Assembly: GCA_002269645.1 (NCBI GenBank) | Contig: NIVC01000393.1 | Location: 496,001 to 560,000, forward strand | DNA: 64,000 nucleotides | Direction of reading: 5' to 3' | Source of the DNA: Macrostomum lignano | Taxonomy: Eukaryota | Shown: positions 63,924-64,000 of the stretch, one piece after another | How positions within the stretch are numbered: position 1 is the first letter of the stretch | How the letters are laid out: each line of letters begins with the position of its first letter | The notes under the pieces: generated by a model | The model's database searches: none | The model's input: the letters and a program-made list of their open reading frames with translations, nothing else | What the model was told of the DNA's origin: nothing | Position numbers and translations under genes: made by a program

Positions 63924-64000
63924 CTGGGGGAGGGATCGGTACAGGGGCTCATGCCTTGATCAGGACTAACTAATGCTTCAAAAAAGGTCAACAGGTCATA

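Overview
Eukaryotic (animal) genomic DNA with GC-rich exons, spliceosomal introns and roughly one third tandem repeat. The style resembles a free-living flatworm such as Macrostomum, but that is inference only. I assembled seven spliced genes by hand from splice sites and codon phase. In order: (1) FoxP transcription factor (+, 3279-8792); (2) a ~1340-aa membrane-anchored enzyme with rifampicin-phosphotransferase/PigC domain order plus an extra N-terminal domain (+, 12766-17592); (3) a divergent VGLUT-like SLC17 transporter with a TGA at a conserved Trp (-, 19548-25362); (4) an unrecognised ~376-aa protein (-, 26429-29887); (5) a six-EF-hand calbindin/Cbp53E (-, 31432-47603) with a GC-AG intron and a candidate 21-nt microexon; (6) a small secreted single-WSC-domain protein (-, 49418-50388); (7) the 3' part of a spectrin-repeat nesprin with a short, non-PPPX KASH tail (-, 51947 to beyond the window end). 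Two copies of a tRNA-derived SINE with target-site duplications are present, and about 35 different micro/minisatellite arrays often fill entire introns. The strongest novelty candidate is the RPH/PigC-like enzyme, whose substrate in an animal is unknown. Most long ORFs in the supplied track are repeat artefacts. No databases were searched; all homology calls rest on motif recognition.
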